Shown: positions 1 to 10,033 of the stretch, piece after piece
Layout of the letters: each line of letters opens with the position of its first letter
Numbering within the stretch: position 1 is the stretch's first letter
NCBI GenBank assembly: GCA_963755715.1
Contig: CAVWLW010000075.1
Span: 1-64,000, forward strand
Length of the DNA: 64,000 bases
Direction: 5' to 3'
Source: an uncultured delta proteobacterium
Lineage (GTDB): Bacteria; Desulfobacterota; Binatia; UBA9968
Notes under the pieces: model-generated
Seen by the model: only the letters and a program-made list of their open reading frames with translations
Databases searched by the model: none
Told to the model about the DNA's origin: nothing
Made by a program: the position numbers and the translations under genes

Positions 1-1188
1 GATGGCATGCAATCGGTCGGCGATATATTCCGCCAGATCGGTTTCCGACCACCGGCCATAATCTTTGATGACCGATTCCTGCTGCTGTAACTGTTTCAGC
101 ATCGCATTAGTGGAATGGAGCAGATCCGGCGGCAGCGCGGCTAGGTCTTGCGCGTCGCGACCATGGGCATCGACAACCCCTGCGAGACGCAAAAGCGGCA
201 TGATCTTGGCGCGAACATTAGAGCGATCGCTGAGCCGGTTGTGGTTAAGAAGCGCCCACAGGGCAAAAACAGTGTCTAGATCGGCATCGTTCGCCAATAC
301 GACCCAGTCGCGCTTGGAGAGGTCGAGACCCTTGCGAATCAATACCATCGCCTGTTCGCAGGTGGCCAGGGATCGAATGCATCCTTCGCGGTGATCGAGG
401 TTGTAGAGCTCCTTCTGAACGTCGATGAAAGGATCGCCTTGCGCTGCGCCGTCGAGAAAAATAGTTCCAGCTCGGTATTTGCGCGCCTCGGTTGCGGATA
501 TCGCGAGTCCACGCTCGGCCCGCACCGTCACCGTGGGCGCTTCCACGCATGTGAGTATTCGTGTCTTGCCCTCTTGTCGGATGTGATAGCGATTCGGAAC
601 CGTAGAGGGCTTAGTCCAATCCAAGTCCTTCTCGAAAAACCGTTCAGCTTCGCCATTACCCCGCTTGCCGTCGTCTTGACGTATTGCGGGGTTTATCCCC
701 TCGGGTAATGGTGCTCGATGAGGAGACGACATCCCTAGCGTCCAGCCATCGTTACTCGTGACTGAACGCGGCTTACTTCTCGTGAAGTCATCGGCCATAT
801 CGTTGTTCGAGCTGTTGGCCAGCCGTTCCCGCTGTAAGAGCAGCACGCGAGCATCTTCGATAGATCGGCAGGAGAGCAATATGTCGCGGATATGGTGAGC
901 AGTGTCGTTAGACCGCTCTGTCGTCGACGAAAACATCGCGTTTAACTTGTGAATGTAGTCGCTGTAACCTCCAGCCCTCATCGGATTGTATTCCCAAACT
1001 ATTTGCCATGGCAGCAAACCTCCCAATGCCAGGCGCACGAGCCCGACGGAGGGTGCCGGCATATCCGCAGCCAATAAAAGAGCGCGCTCACCGCTTTGGA
1101 ATTTGATCTGATAGAAGGGTTCCCGTTCTGTGAAATGACGAAGCACCCTCAAAGCAGGACCAATGCCCGTTTCTTTTCCGATGAGCAT
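1..1188 (-). CDS. Conserved hypothetical protein with a possible DHH-like phosphoesterase C-terminal region; runs off the left edge
   Basis: Hand-translated open frame from ATG 1188 (GGAGA upstream) to base 1, absent from the ORF track because its stop lies outside the window: MLIGKETGIG...TIFLDGAAQG...YNLDHREGC...LANDADLDTVFALWALLN...VVDAHG. The DHH-like label is motif inference only. Confidence 0.7.
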   Translation of the reverse strand, partial: MLIGKETGIGPALRVLRHFTEREPFYQIKFQSGERALLLAADMPAPSVGLVRLALGGLLPWQIVWEYNPMRAGGYSDYIHKLNAMFSSTTERSNDTAHHIRDILLSCRSIEDARVLLLQRERLANSSNNDMADDFTRSKPRSVTSNDGWTLGMSSPHRAPLPEGINPAIRQDDGKRGNGEAERFFEKDLDWTKPSTVPNRYHIRQEGKTRILTCVEAPTVTVRAERGLAISATEARKYRAGTIFLDGAAQGDPFIDVQKELYNLDHREGCIRSLATCEQAMVLIRKGLDLSKRDWVVLANDADLDTVFALWALLNHNRLSDRSNVRAKIMPLLRLAGVVDAHGRDAQDLAALPPDLLHSTNAMLKQLQQQESVIKDYGRWSETDLAEYIADRLHAI

Positions 1189-1756
1189 CTTCGCTTCTCC
1201 GGTTTTGATCGAGCGTACAAGTTAGCCGGACTAACCCCCGTTGGGTCCTCGCTAAAAAGCCGCTCGGTGGATTTGGTAAAGCTGTCACCAGACATCCAGC
1301 AATGCTTATGCCTCGATAGGATCCTCTGACAGAACTGACTAAATTGCACACAACGGTCTGAACACGGGGCAGGAGCTGACAGCAGTGCCGCGATTAGGAG
1401 ACGGATTCGTGTAGAGCCGCGCGAAAATGTGCTGCTGTCAATTTCGAACTAAGACGCTGTCGAAAACTGACCCGCCACTGAAGCGGAAACGGATATCGCG
1501 GATGTCTTAACTTTGCCTTGGCCTCTTGAAAACTGGCTTGTTCGCCTTTGACACCGCCAATGTTGATCCAAAATCAGTAGGCAGCAGCCAGCAGCAACGG
1601 TTTCATATCCCCTTCAGTGTCGGCCTTAGCATGATTCGGCGGCCAAATCAGAAACGGCGATTCGCATGGCGGCTTCTCAATGTTAGTTCCTAATGTCTTT
1701 CGACCCTTGCGTCCTTTGCGATCTCTGCGCGAGATACTCTTATCCGAAATACTGTA

Positions 1757-2677
1757 TTAACGCCTTTCAATCGCCGCGTCGTAATAGGAAAGATCGATGT
1801 ACTTCTCCACCGGCGGGAGCGGCGGATTGAGAAAACCCATCTCCGCGCGCAGTTCGAGCACGGACTGGACGCCTGGCAGATTCACCGCTGCCGCTGGATA
1901 CATGCCGTAGTCCGAATCCAGCAGCGCACCCAAGGTCTCCGCCGCCGCGTTCCCCTCAAGGCCGTTATGTGCGGCAAGAAGCGCCAAGCAAGCTGGGCGA
2001 TTGCTGGCGTCGAAACACCACTGCGTCGCCTCAACGTAAGCGCGGATATAGCTCACCAGCAAGTCGCGATTCTGCTCCGCCCACGAACGTTTCGCGGCGC
2101 CCACGGTTCCCTGATAGCAGGAAACGATTTGATTGCCGCGCGCGAGCAGGTGGCAGCCCCGCGCCACGGCGTTGCCCGCGAACGGCGGCAACAGCATGGT
2201 GCCGGCGACTTTGCCCTCCAATAGCGCCTGATAACGCCGGTCAACGCCGCCGATCTCGACGAACTTGTAGTCGTCGGGACCGAAGCCATTCGAGCGCAGC
2301 AGTTTTTCCAGGATGAAAACGAAACCGCTCGCGCGCGCATCGACGGCCAGTTCCTTGCCGCGGAGCGACTCGACGGTCGTCATCCCCGGAGCTCCGACGA
2401 TGCTCAAGAGGCCGCTATGGAGTCCCATGAAGATAAAGAGGCTCGAAGGACCGCCGCCGAAATCTTCCACATCGGCCACGATATCGTCGGCGCCCGTGTG
2501 GCCAATCTCGAATTCCCCCTTCCGCAAAGCGTCGCTGATATAAAGCGAGCCCGGCGTATAGGTTATGTCGATATCGAGACCATGCCGCTCAAATATTCCC
2601 TGCTCCCGGCCGGCGTGCACCGGAAGATTATAGCCGGCCCGGAATTGGATCAGTCTAAGTCTTGTAAGACTGGCCAT
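1757..2677 (-). CDS. NMT1/THI5-like (SsuA-type) solute-binding-fold protein without a signal peptide
   Basis: GIFERHGLDIDI, LRGKELAVD and YIDLSYY motifs; AGGAG RBS before ATG 2677. Confidence 0.8.
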   Translation of the reverse strand: MASLTRLRLIQFRAGYNLPVHAGREQGIFERHGLDIDITYTPGSLYISDALRKGEFEIGHTGADDIVADVEDFGGGPSSLFIFMGLHSGLLSIVGAPGMTTVESLRGKELAVDARASGFVFILEKLLRSNGFGPDDYKFVEIGGVDRRYQALLEGKVAGTMLLPPFAGNAVARGCHLLARGNQIVSCYQGTVGAAKRSWAEQNRDLLVSYIRAYVEATQWCFDASNRPACLALLAAHNGLEGNAAAETLGALLDSDYGMYPAAAVNLPGVQSVLELRAEMGFLNPPLPPVEKYIDLSYYDAAIERR

Positions 2678-2836
2678 GGGAATCTCCTGAGGACTTAGTA
2701 AAGAATGGACGGCATATAACAGCCATCGGGATCCTGATATTCGCCCATCGCCATCAACGTCATCGGCAATACCGAGCGCCTTTTCCCACCCAAGATTTGA
2801 AACCGACAACCGGAAGCCGGTCGCACAAGCGGCTAT

Positions 2837-3241
2837 TTACTTGGTGCCAAGCCAGCCGTGCTCGGACAGGTCGATCGTCACGCCGTCCGGCCCGGTGAAT
2901 TTCACCTCGACGTTGCCGCGCTTCGCCATCTCTTCCGTTCCCGGATAAGGGCGGTGCACCGCTCCCGCTTTCTCGATACGCGCCCTCGCCTGTTCCATAT
3001 TCTCGATCTCGACGCCAAAGTGGTGCAGGCCGGTGTACCGGAGCGCGCCCTCTGTAGTGGCAGGGTCGTCGTATTTGAACTTCAGGATCGCGAGGTTCAC
3101 GTGACCGTCGCTCAGGTAGTAGCCCTCCGCGGTCGGAGAGTTGACCTTGCCGACTTCCTTCAAGCCAAGGCCCTCAATGTAGAACCGTGCCGTCGTCTCT
3201 GGGTCCTGCGTAGCAATTGCAATATGCCTGATCCGTGCCAT
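2837..3241 (-). CDS. VOC/glyoxalase family protein
   Basis: IRHIAI...GLHHFG...GPDGVTIDL motifs; GGAGG RBS. Confidence 0.9.
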   Translation of the reverse strand: MARIRHIAIATQDPETTARFYIEGLGLKEVGKVNSPTAEGYYLSDGHVNLAILKFKYDDPATTEGALRYTGLHHFGVEIENMEQARARIEKAGAVHRPYPGTEEMAKRGNVEVKFTGPDGVTIDLSEHGWLGTK

Positions 3242-3364
3242 TGTTCACCTCCATCTTTTTGATTTCTCACCCCGTTGTCCCACCGTCGTCGACGACAACC
3301 TTTTTTAGCGCCGGCAACTATAGGCTCATCCCCGGGAGCTGCCAACCGATCCACTGGGGAAAGT

Positions 3365-3450
3365 AAAAGGGGACATTCAACTTTTCTTCGAGACCGTATC
3401 ATCGCAGTCCATCTGGCTCTCCCCAGCGGAAATTTAGAATGTCCCTTTTT
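3365..3450. repeat. ~22-bp imperfect inverted repeat (REP/MITE-like)
   Basis: AAAAGGGGACATTCAACTTTTC (3365-3386) versus GAAATTTAGAATGTCCCTTTTT (3429-3450), in an intergenic region. Confidence 0.6.
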
Positions 3451-3591
3451 TAAACCAATACCGACGCAACTCCTCCAGTTCCGGAATGCGCCAACTGCCG
3501 GCTCCACTGCCTATTATTATTTCGTACGCTTCTCCGACGTAGAGCATTGGTCCTTGCCGATTTGTTTCTCCGTCTTTTTAACTGCCAATTG

Positions 3592-4834
3592 TCAGCTTCG
3601 GGCTAGGATCCGCTCCGCCAGATAGGCCGCATCTTCCTCCGGACCCCCCAAGCTAAGAAAGGCGGACTTAAGCTTGTAGAGCCATTGCAATCCAAGAAAA
3701 TAAACCCCTGCAGCCCGAGTGACCCCACGCGCATGAATCGGTTCTCCTGTCTCATCGAATATAGGAAGCTTTACCCAATCAAAGTCGTAGCGGAAACCGC
3801 TGGACCAGACGATGGAATTGATACCAGCCGCTTTGAGGTCCATTTCCAGGATAGGGCTTGTTACTTCTTTTGGGTCGGGCAGATCAACCTCGGCCGGATC
3901 CTGTTCGCAATCCATACGAGTCTTCTCAATGTAGTCATCTACCGATCTCTTGAAATCACCAAACCACTTGTCGCCTTTCACCATGTTCTCCTTAAGATCG
4001 GAAGCTAGGATTAGCCGACCATCGACAAAGCCGTTCATGCGGCCTAAAAGAATCATTCCTTGGGAAGCCATGCGCCGGAGATCAACGTCGTAACCACCGT
4101 TGACACCGGTGAGCAAAGGAACTGGAGCGTATTTCTCTCGCGGCGACGGCAGCGAATCCGCTCGACGATCCCAAGCTCCCATGGTCCATCGCCACCAAAC
4201 GTAGTCTCGCCCGCGATATCGTCGCGGTACGCGGCGGTGCTGGCCCACTGAAAGGTAAACTCGCCTTCCGCTTTCATTGAGTTCGTCGGCAATCTGACAG
4301 CCCGATGCGCCTGCGCCGACGATCAAGACTGCGCCTGGCGGAAGCTGATCAGGATTGCGGTAATTGCTCGAGTGTACTTGGAAGATGCTTTTGGGCACAT
4401 CAATATTAGATTGTGGAATGGCTGGGACTCTGCAAGGGACCAGTTGCAATAACCACATTGGAAGCCTCTATTGTCGAACCACCAGCGTCAAGCAGGTACC
4501 GCTGGGAGTGTGCGCTTTGTCTCAAAGAAGTCACTTCAACACCATTGCGCATCGGTGCTTTGATAACGGCAGCGTAGTCTTCCAGAAATTTGACCACCTG
4601 ATGCCCCGACGCAAAGACGTCTACATCATTTCTTTCGTATTTGTAACCAGGCAGCATAAGAGCCCAGTTAGGAAAGTTAAAACGAAATGAATCCCAGCGT
4701 TCGCTCCGCCAACGCTCACCCACTCGGCCCCGTTCGAGGATTACATGCCCGCGTCCAGCTTGACTGAGAAAATAACTCATGTTGAGGCCGGCGTGCCCGC
4801 CGCCGATGATGACCGTCTCAATCTGTTCGTTCAC
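3592..4834 (-). CDS. FAD/NAD(P)H-dependent flavin monooxygenase-like oxidoreductase (CzcO/TrkA-like), frameshifted at ~4428
   Basis: GGGHAG FAD motif and VVIATGP in ORF 4406-4834 continue into HSSNYRNP and GAGASG in ORF 3592-4458. Confidence 0.85.
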
Positions 4835-4875
4835 AACGGATTCCTTTCACGTAAGCGGTTTAATTTTTCCAACCA

Positions 4876-5467
4876 TCACATGCCTGCTTTGACTGCCATG
4901 AATTCGCCATTGCCCACGGGAACGAGACTGGTTGTGAAGATCGGATCGGCTTGGACGAGAGCGACGAACGGTGCCATTTCCTGCGGGTGAGAAGTAGCGT
5001 TGTCCACGACGAGCAGACCGCCAGGGCGAAGCACTCGTCTTAAATTCGGCCCACCAGCCGGGATACTCGGGACGCTCGGAATCGAGAAATATGAAATCGA
5101 ACGCGGAATCCGCAGTGCGTTCGAGCACTCGACCCGCGTCGTCTTGAATAGACGCAATAAACGAGGCTAATCCTGAACGAGCAAAGGTTTTTGTTGCCAG
5201 AGTGATCTTGTAGTCGGAGAACTCCACCGTGGTTACGGAGCCGCCTATTGCTTGAGCGGCGCTCGCGAGCCACAGGGTCGAATAACCGTTGGACGTGCCG
5301 ATTTCCAGTACTCGGCGCGCAACTGTCGCACGCACGAGTACAGCCAAGAACTCGCCGGTGTCGCGCGTGATATTGAGCATCTTTCGCGACCGCTCGGTTG
5401 TTGCACTGTCATTGCCATTGCCGAATTGCTCCAGCTCGGCAAGTAGCTCCTGCAGCTGGTTGTTCAT
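4876..5467 (-). CDS. O-methyltransferase (Methyltransf_3/YrrM-like), frameshifted at ~5050
   Basis: VLEIGTSNGYS and FDFIFLD; the second frame supplies LRPGGLLVVDNA. Confidence 0.85.
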
Positions 5468-5550
5468 AGAGTCCTCCGGAAGTTCATTGCGCCGATGGCA
5501 AGGGGCCGTTGCAAGCGAAACCGATTACCGCAAAAACCAGAGCCGCGCAC

Positions 5551-6369
5551 CTAAGGTCCTAAAAAAGCTTCCGGCGAAACGGAATAAAGATCGGATGTCA
5601 CCTTGGTGACACCCGGTATGTTTTTCACGAACTCTATGACTTTGTCTTCCACCCCGTGGTCGACTCTACCCTTGACGTAAATATGCTCACCATCGGCGCG
5701 AACTTCGAGGGCCGATCCTCGAATGTCCGGCGATGCCAATAACGCGGCATAGACCCGAGAACTAAGGGCGAGATTCTTGAAAGCTTGATCGGATGTGGGA
5801 GTGAGCTGATACTCTTCGAGCTTCGCTGCCTCCACAATCACGCGCTTAGCCCCATCTCGGCGCATCTTGCCCATGTTGAGAACCAGATCGTAGCGATTGG
5901 GATCCCTCCAGTCTGTTCCGAACATCGCCATCAGCCTGCGGCTGCGCGCCTTATCGATCTCTTCGAGATAATGGCGCGCCGCAGCGTCAGTCAGATTTTG
6001 CCGCGCACGAATTTGTTCGATGCGATGTTCGATGGATGCGGTCAAAAGCACTTTCAACACGTGCTCGATACCGGGCAAGAGCTCATGACCCAAGTGGCCG
6101 TGGTAAACCAACTGGCCGTCTTGTGCCAGCTCGCACAGCGCAGCTTGAAGAGCAATCCGGTAGGGACGCAGATCCTGCAGTAAGCGCTCCCACCAGTGCG
6201 GGCCTTTCTCGACGATTTCATTAAGCTTGGCTTCGGGTATGCGATAGCGCCGGCTTGCTTCGACGAGCACCTCCCGCCCGACACATCGATAGCCCAGCGC
6301 ATCGGCAACTGTTTCAGCCAATTCCTGACCTTCTCCAGAAGCGCCTTGATAAATTGTGATGATCGGCAT
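5551..6369 (-). CDS. Cytidylate kinase-like family protein with a C-terminal BON-like domain
   Basis: MPIITIYQGASGEG, YDLVLN and C-terminal IPGVTKV; GGAGG RBS before ATG 6369. Confidence 0.85.
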   Translation of the reverse strand: MPIITIYQGASGEGQELAETVADALGYRCVGREVLVEASRRYRIPEAKLNEIVEKGPHWWERLLQDLRPYRIALQAALCELAQDGQLVYHGHLGHELLPGIEHVLKVLLTASIEHRIEQIRARQNLTDAAARHYLEEIDKARSRRLMAMFGTDWRDPNRYDLVLNMGKMRRDGAKRVIVEAAKLEEYQLTPTSDQAFKNLALSSRVYAALLASPDIRGSALEVRADGEHIYVKGRVDHGVEDKVIEFVKNIPGVTKVTSDLYSVSPEAFLGP

Positions 6370-6766
6370 GAGAGGTGTCCTCCCAAGATTCATTTCAACA
6401 ATTGGTCGCCGGCGTTGATCATTTGAAACCCGCCCATTGCGAGAGAGAATCTCTGACACTCGTTTCGATATGCTGATTCACTTTGCCCGCCATTAAACAG
6501 CCTATCGAGCCGGCGATTGGACCGGAGACTTCAAAGAATTTTTGAGCAACATCAATACCAGGTCGTCATGCTGCTTGCATTTACCGTAACGTGTTGAAAT
6601 CGAACAACCTGCCAATTTCATTTTGCGGCCGGACGCAGGCAGAAGCGTATCCATCCGTTCACAGTGGTGTAAACTTAGATACTCGCGTGCGAGCACCCGC
6701 CACGGAATGACACCTTCGCCTGAAACCTCACCTTCGCAACTCGGTCACACGATCACCGCCGCTCCT

Positions 6767-7015
6767 TTAGGGACCGGGTGGGCGAAGACCTTGGCTTTTT
6801 CTCACAGCCTCGTCCATCTCTTCAGGAGTGATGAGTGCCGTGGCTTTGACGTTGGCTTGGCCCGCTCCATTTCCCGCAATTGATATTGCCGCAGCGCTTA
6901 GGTTGCTAGGAAAATCGACAATGGCAAAAACGTCGGTGTCACCGAAGGCAAAATAAAAAGCCTCTAATTTACCACCGACCGATTTGAAGAAATTGTTCCG
7001 CTACTTGTTTTCGCC
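6767..7015 (-). pseudogene. GYD-domain protein fragment (5'-truncated/frameshifted)
   Basis: Hand translation FFKSVGGKLEAFYFAFGDTDVFAIVDFP...LITPEEMDEAVRKSQGLRPPGP*; no intact start. Confidence 0.75.
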
Positions 7016-7070
7016 AAGCATCCCTTTCATCTCATCGGCCGCGGAAGACTCGGCGGCTCCCGAATTGTTC

Positions 7071-7958
7071 CTAAACGGAGACCGCGACTCCGTAGTCGGC
7101 CGCATCGACCTTCCCCTCGGGAAAGAGCTTCGATTCCTCCATCCAGCGTTGTGTCCGCTCGAACATTTCCCGTGTGTAGGGCTCGAATACCAACCGCTCT
7201 CCTGGCCCGAACCCGCCGACATCGATCCTGTCGTGATATTTTTCCGGTAGCTCTTTCAAAAAATAGTGTTTGTAACACTCCGGCTCCAGATCGATGTCTC
7301 GTTGCGCGCGTTGCAGCGCGTTAAAGTAGCGTCGAACGTCTTCGACGTCCGCATCCTTATGCATCAGGAATCCGATCATAAATGTCGTGTCGAGAATTCT
7401 TCGGCACCCCTGTTGCTCGACTAGATATAACGGAGCACCAAATAGGTTGGCGGCTTGGACCTTGCGATCCAGCAACGCAGCTAAACGATCCTGAGGTTGG
7501 CCGATATAGCTGAGCTTGATCTCATCGGGTTTGAGGACCTTTTCCAGTGCCTGGATGGCAGAAAAGTAACTGCCGGAGTGATAGCCCACTCCCACTTCGA
7601 CGTTGGCCAGGTCGCGCGGCTTCTTGATCCGAGACTCTGCCGGAACGACTATCGCTGAGGGCGTCACCGAGTAGGCGTGTCCCCACATGCGGCCATGGCC
7701 CGAAGAGGATGCCATGTTGACCGCCCAGTGGCAGGCGCAACTTATGTCGGCGGCGCGACCGCGCTCCATATTCTCGAAAGCACCGCGCTTTACTTCGGGC
7801 GCGGCAGTTTCAGTGGACTGAACGAGAGCGTAGCCGGACGCCTGGGTTGCGTAAGACATCAAGAATTCGTAATCCAGCCCCTCGTCCCTAAAATATCCCT
7901 TTTCCTCAGCGACCCATTCCTGCAGACGCCCATGCGGCTCAATACGGAATTTGCCCAT
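7071..7958 (-). CDS. NMT1/SsuA-like solute-binding-fold protein without a signal peptide
   Basis: VAEEKGYFRDEGLD and IKKPRDLANVEVGV; GGAGGT RBS before ATG 7958. Confidence 0.8.
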   Translation of the reverse strand: MGKFRIEPHGRLQEWVAEEKGYFRDEGLDYEFLMSYATQASGYALVQSTETAAPEVKRGAFENMERGRAADISCACHWAVNMASSSGHGRMWGHAYSVTPSAIVVPAESRIKKPRDLANVEVGVGYHSGSYFSAIQALEKVLKPDEIKLSYIGQPQDRLAALLDRKVQAANLFGAPLYLVEQQGCRRILDTTFMIGFLMHKDADVEDVRRYFNALQRAQRDIDLEPECYKHYFLKELPEKYHDRIDVGGFGPGERLVFEPYTREMFERTQRWMEESKLFPEGKVDAADYGVAVSV

Positions 7959-8092
7959 AAAAGATACCTCCATTTCATCGCTAATCATTAAGCAACTTAA
8001 ACTGCTATTTCTTGGTGATCTCGAAAATCGTGGTTGTGCTGCTGATTTCGTGCGAGATTAGAGCCGTTGCGCCCCAATGGCTCGCCCGAAAC

Positions 8093-8359
8093 TTAGCCGG
8101 AAAGCGTCAGCCCAGACAGATGCGAATCGAAACGACGATGTGACTGGACCGAGCGACCCAGCCGACTTGCTGGGCGGACAATAGGCCGACTAAGGACTTG
8201 CGTCAAGGAGAAGATTTTCGCGAGAAGCCCATTGTGAAGTGCGGCAACAGAGTAGCCTGCCAGTGATGAAACCACTCCAACGCGGTTAAAGTTCATCGAG
8301 CAACTTTCATTGCTCTCGATACGATCACGTCTTGTTAATGAAACCATTTTTGTTGCCAT
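8093..8359 (-). CDS. Small hypothetical protein downstream of a sigma54 promoter
   Basis: GGAGGG RBS, ATG 8359, about 30 nt downstream of the -12 element. Confidence 0.45.
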   Translation of the reverse strand: MATKMVSLTRRDRIESNESCSMNFNRVGVVSSLAGYSVAALHNGLLAKIFSLTQVLSRPIVRPASRLGRSVQSHRRFDSHLSGLTLSG

Positions 8360-8389
8360 TAGCCTGCCCTCCATTTGATTTCACCCAAT

Positions 8390-8406
8390 GGCAATCACCG
8401 TGCCAA
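8390..8406 (-). promoter_or_regulatory. sigma54 -24/-12 promoter
   Basis: Minus strand TTGGCACGGTGATTGCC matches TGGCAC-N5-TTGC. Confidence 0.85.
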
Positions 8407-8500
8407 GATCGGCAAGGTCATGCTTGTTTTAGTAATTTGTTGAATTTGCGTAGAATGACTTGCGCGGGATTTTGTCTCGAGCTTGATCGGGCAACAGGAA

Positions 8501-8540
8501 GGTAAGTTCCCCGTTACTACAGGGTAATGAAAAGATTACC
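8501..8540. promoter_or_regulatory. Tandem bEBP enhancer sites GGTAA-N8-TTAC(C/T)
   Basis: GGTAAgttccccgTTACT (8501-8518) and GGTAAtgaaaagaTTACC (8523-8540), 22 bp apart. Confidence 0.7.
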
Positions 8541-8680
8541 CACTGCGCAGTAGCTCGGCTAAGCAGTTAATGTATTAGGATCCGAGAGGATGCGTGGCGG
8601 TTGTCGGAGGGGGCAAAGTATATTCTCGAAACTACGCCCGCGGAAAGTTCGGAGTTGATTTATATTGCTGGTCTTAATCG

Positions 8681-10033
8681 TCAGTGGATTCGTAGCGCTC
8701 TAATCAATCTAATGAGGGACTTTTCATGAAGACCCAGGGTCTTCGCCGCAGTTATCCGATTACCGCGGTTCTGAGTGAGAACCCTTGAGACCAGCTCTCT
8801 TCGGAAGTTATCTACCGCGTTGCGGTAAGAAAAGCTCTCGGCCTTGGTACTAGGGTCATAGCCAGATATTGTCGGCGGCAAGTCGGCAACACTAATGACT
8901 GCGTCTTGCCCAAGGACGACTGCGTGTTCGATCACATTGGCCAGTTCTCGCACATTCCCTGGCCAGCCGTAGCCGGTAAGCTTTTCCAAAGCTTCGTCGG
9001 TGATCGCCGTAAAATGCTTCTTAGCATCGAGGGAAAACCGTTTTAGGAAAAATTGCGCTAGATCGGGTATATCTTCCTTTCTTTCTCTTAACGGCGGCAA
9101 CGTAAGTGAAATTACGTTAAGACGATGGTAAAGATCCTCGCGAAACCGCCCGTCCTGAACATAGGCGGCAAGATTCCGGTTAGTCGCCGCGACAATGCGC
9201 ACATCAACTCTAATGGATTTTGTGCCACCCACTCGCTCAAACTCCCGCTCTTGCAGAAAGCGTAGCAGCTTGGCCTGAACCTCCGACAAGATATCGCCGA
9301 TCTCGTCGAGAAACACCGTTCCACCATGCGCCATCTCCACCTTGCCTTTTTTCAGCTGGTGCGCGCCGGTAAAGGCTCCTTTTTCGTGGCCAAACAGTTC
9401 GCTCTCCAAAAGCTCTTTTGAGAGACCTGCGCAATTAATGGCAACGAACGAACCGTCTTTGCGCTCACTCCAGTTGTGAATGGCGCGCGCAAAAAGCTCT
9501 TTCCCGGTTCCGCTCTCTCCTAGAAGGAGTACGGTCGCCTTGGCTTTCGCTGCTTTCCCGGCCGTTTCCACGGCCTGACTTATTTTGGCACTCTTGCCAA
9601 CCAAGAGCTCGTAGCGCTTGTCTGTCTCTTCAGAAAGGATTTCTACTTTTCTCTTAAGTTTTTGCTGTTCGATGGCTTTCTGAACGACTAACACGATATG
9701 GTCGAGCTTAAAGGGTTTGGGAATAAAATCGTATGCGCCCTCCCGCATCGCCTCGACGGTGAGTTCTATCGAGCCGTACGCAGTAATCATCACGACGGGA
9801 AAATCCCTTCCTCTGCGGCGGATCTCCTTTAGAACGTCGATACCGGTTATATCTGCCATGGCGATGTCCAGGAGCGCCAGTTGCGGATCGTGGCGTTCGA
9901 GAACCTCCAATGCCTCTTTTCCGCCAGTCGACCGTAAGACACGGTAGCCGAGCGACTCCAGGCGATCACTCAAGATCTTCCCGATGTAGGGATCATCGTC
10001 GGCCACAAGAATTGTCTCACCAGAATGTTCCAT
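8681..10033 (-). CDS. NtrC-family sigma54-dependent response regulator (REC-AAA+-HTH)
   Basis: ILVADDD receiver, GESGTGKE Walker A, GAFTGA, FLDEI and WPGNVREL. Confidence 0.97.
   Translation of the reverse strand: MEHSGETILVADDDPYIGKILSDRLESLGYRVLRSTGGKEALEVLERHDPQLALLDIAMADITGIDVLKEIRRRGRDFPVVMITAYGSIELTVEAMREGAYDFIPKPFKLDHIVLVVQKAIEQQKLKRKVEILSEETDKRYELLVGKSAKISQAVETAGKAAKAKATVLLLGESGTGKELFARAIHNWSERKDGSFVAINCAGLSKELLESELFGHEKGAFTGAHQLKKGKVEMAHGGTVFLDEIGDILSEVQAKLLRFLQEREFERVGGTKSIRVDVRIVAATNRNLAAYVQDGRFREDLYHRLNVISLTLPPLRERKEDIPDLAQFFLKRFSLDAKKHFTAITDEALEKLTGYGWPGNVRELANVIEHAVVLGQDAVISVADLPPTISGYDPSTKAESFSYRNAVDNFRRELVSRVLTQNRGNRITAAKTLGLHEKSLIRLIRALRIH

Noticed and set aside
1435-1525. 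Possible c-di-GMP-I riboswitch (GGCAAA on the minus strand) or IS21-like end (TGTCAA...GAAAACTGACCC)
   Set aside because: It lacks the GNRA/receptor and GCAAAGC elements of the riboswitch; there is no partner inverted repeat or transposase.
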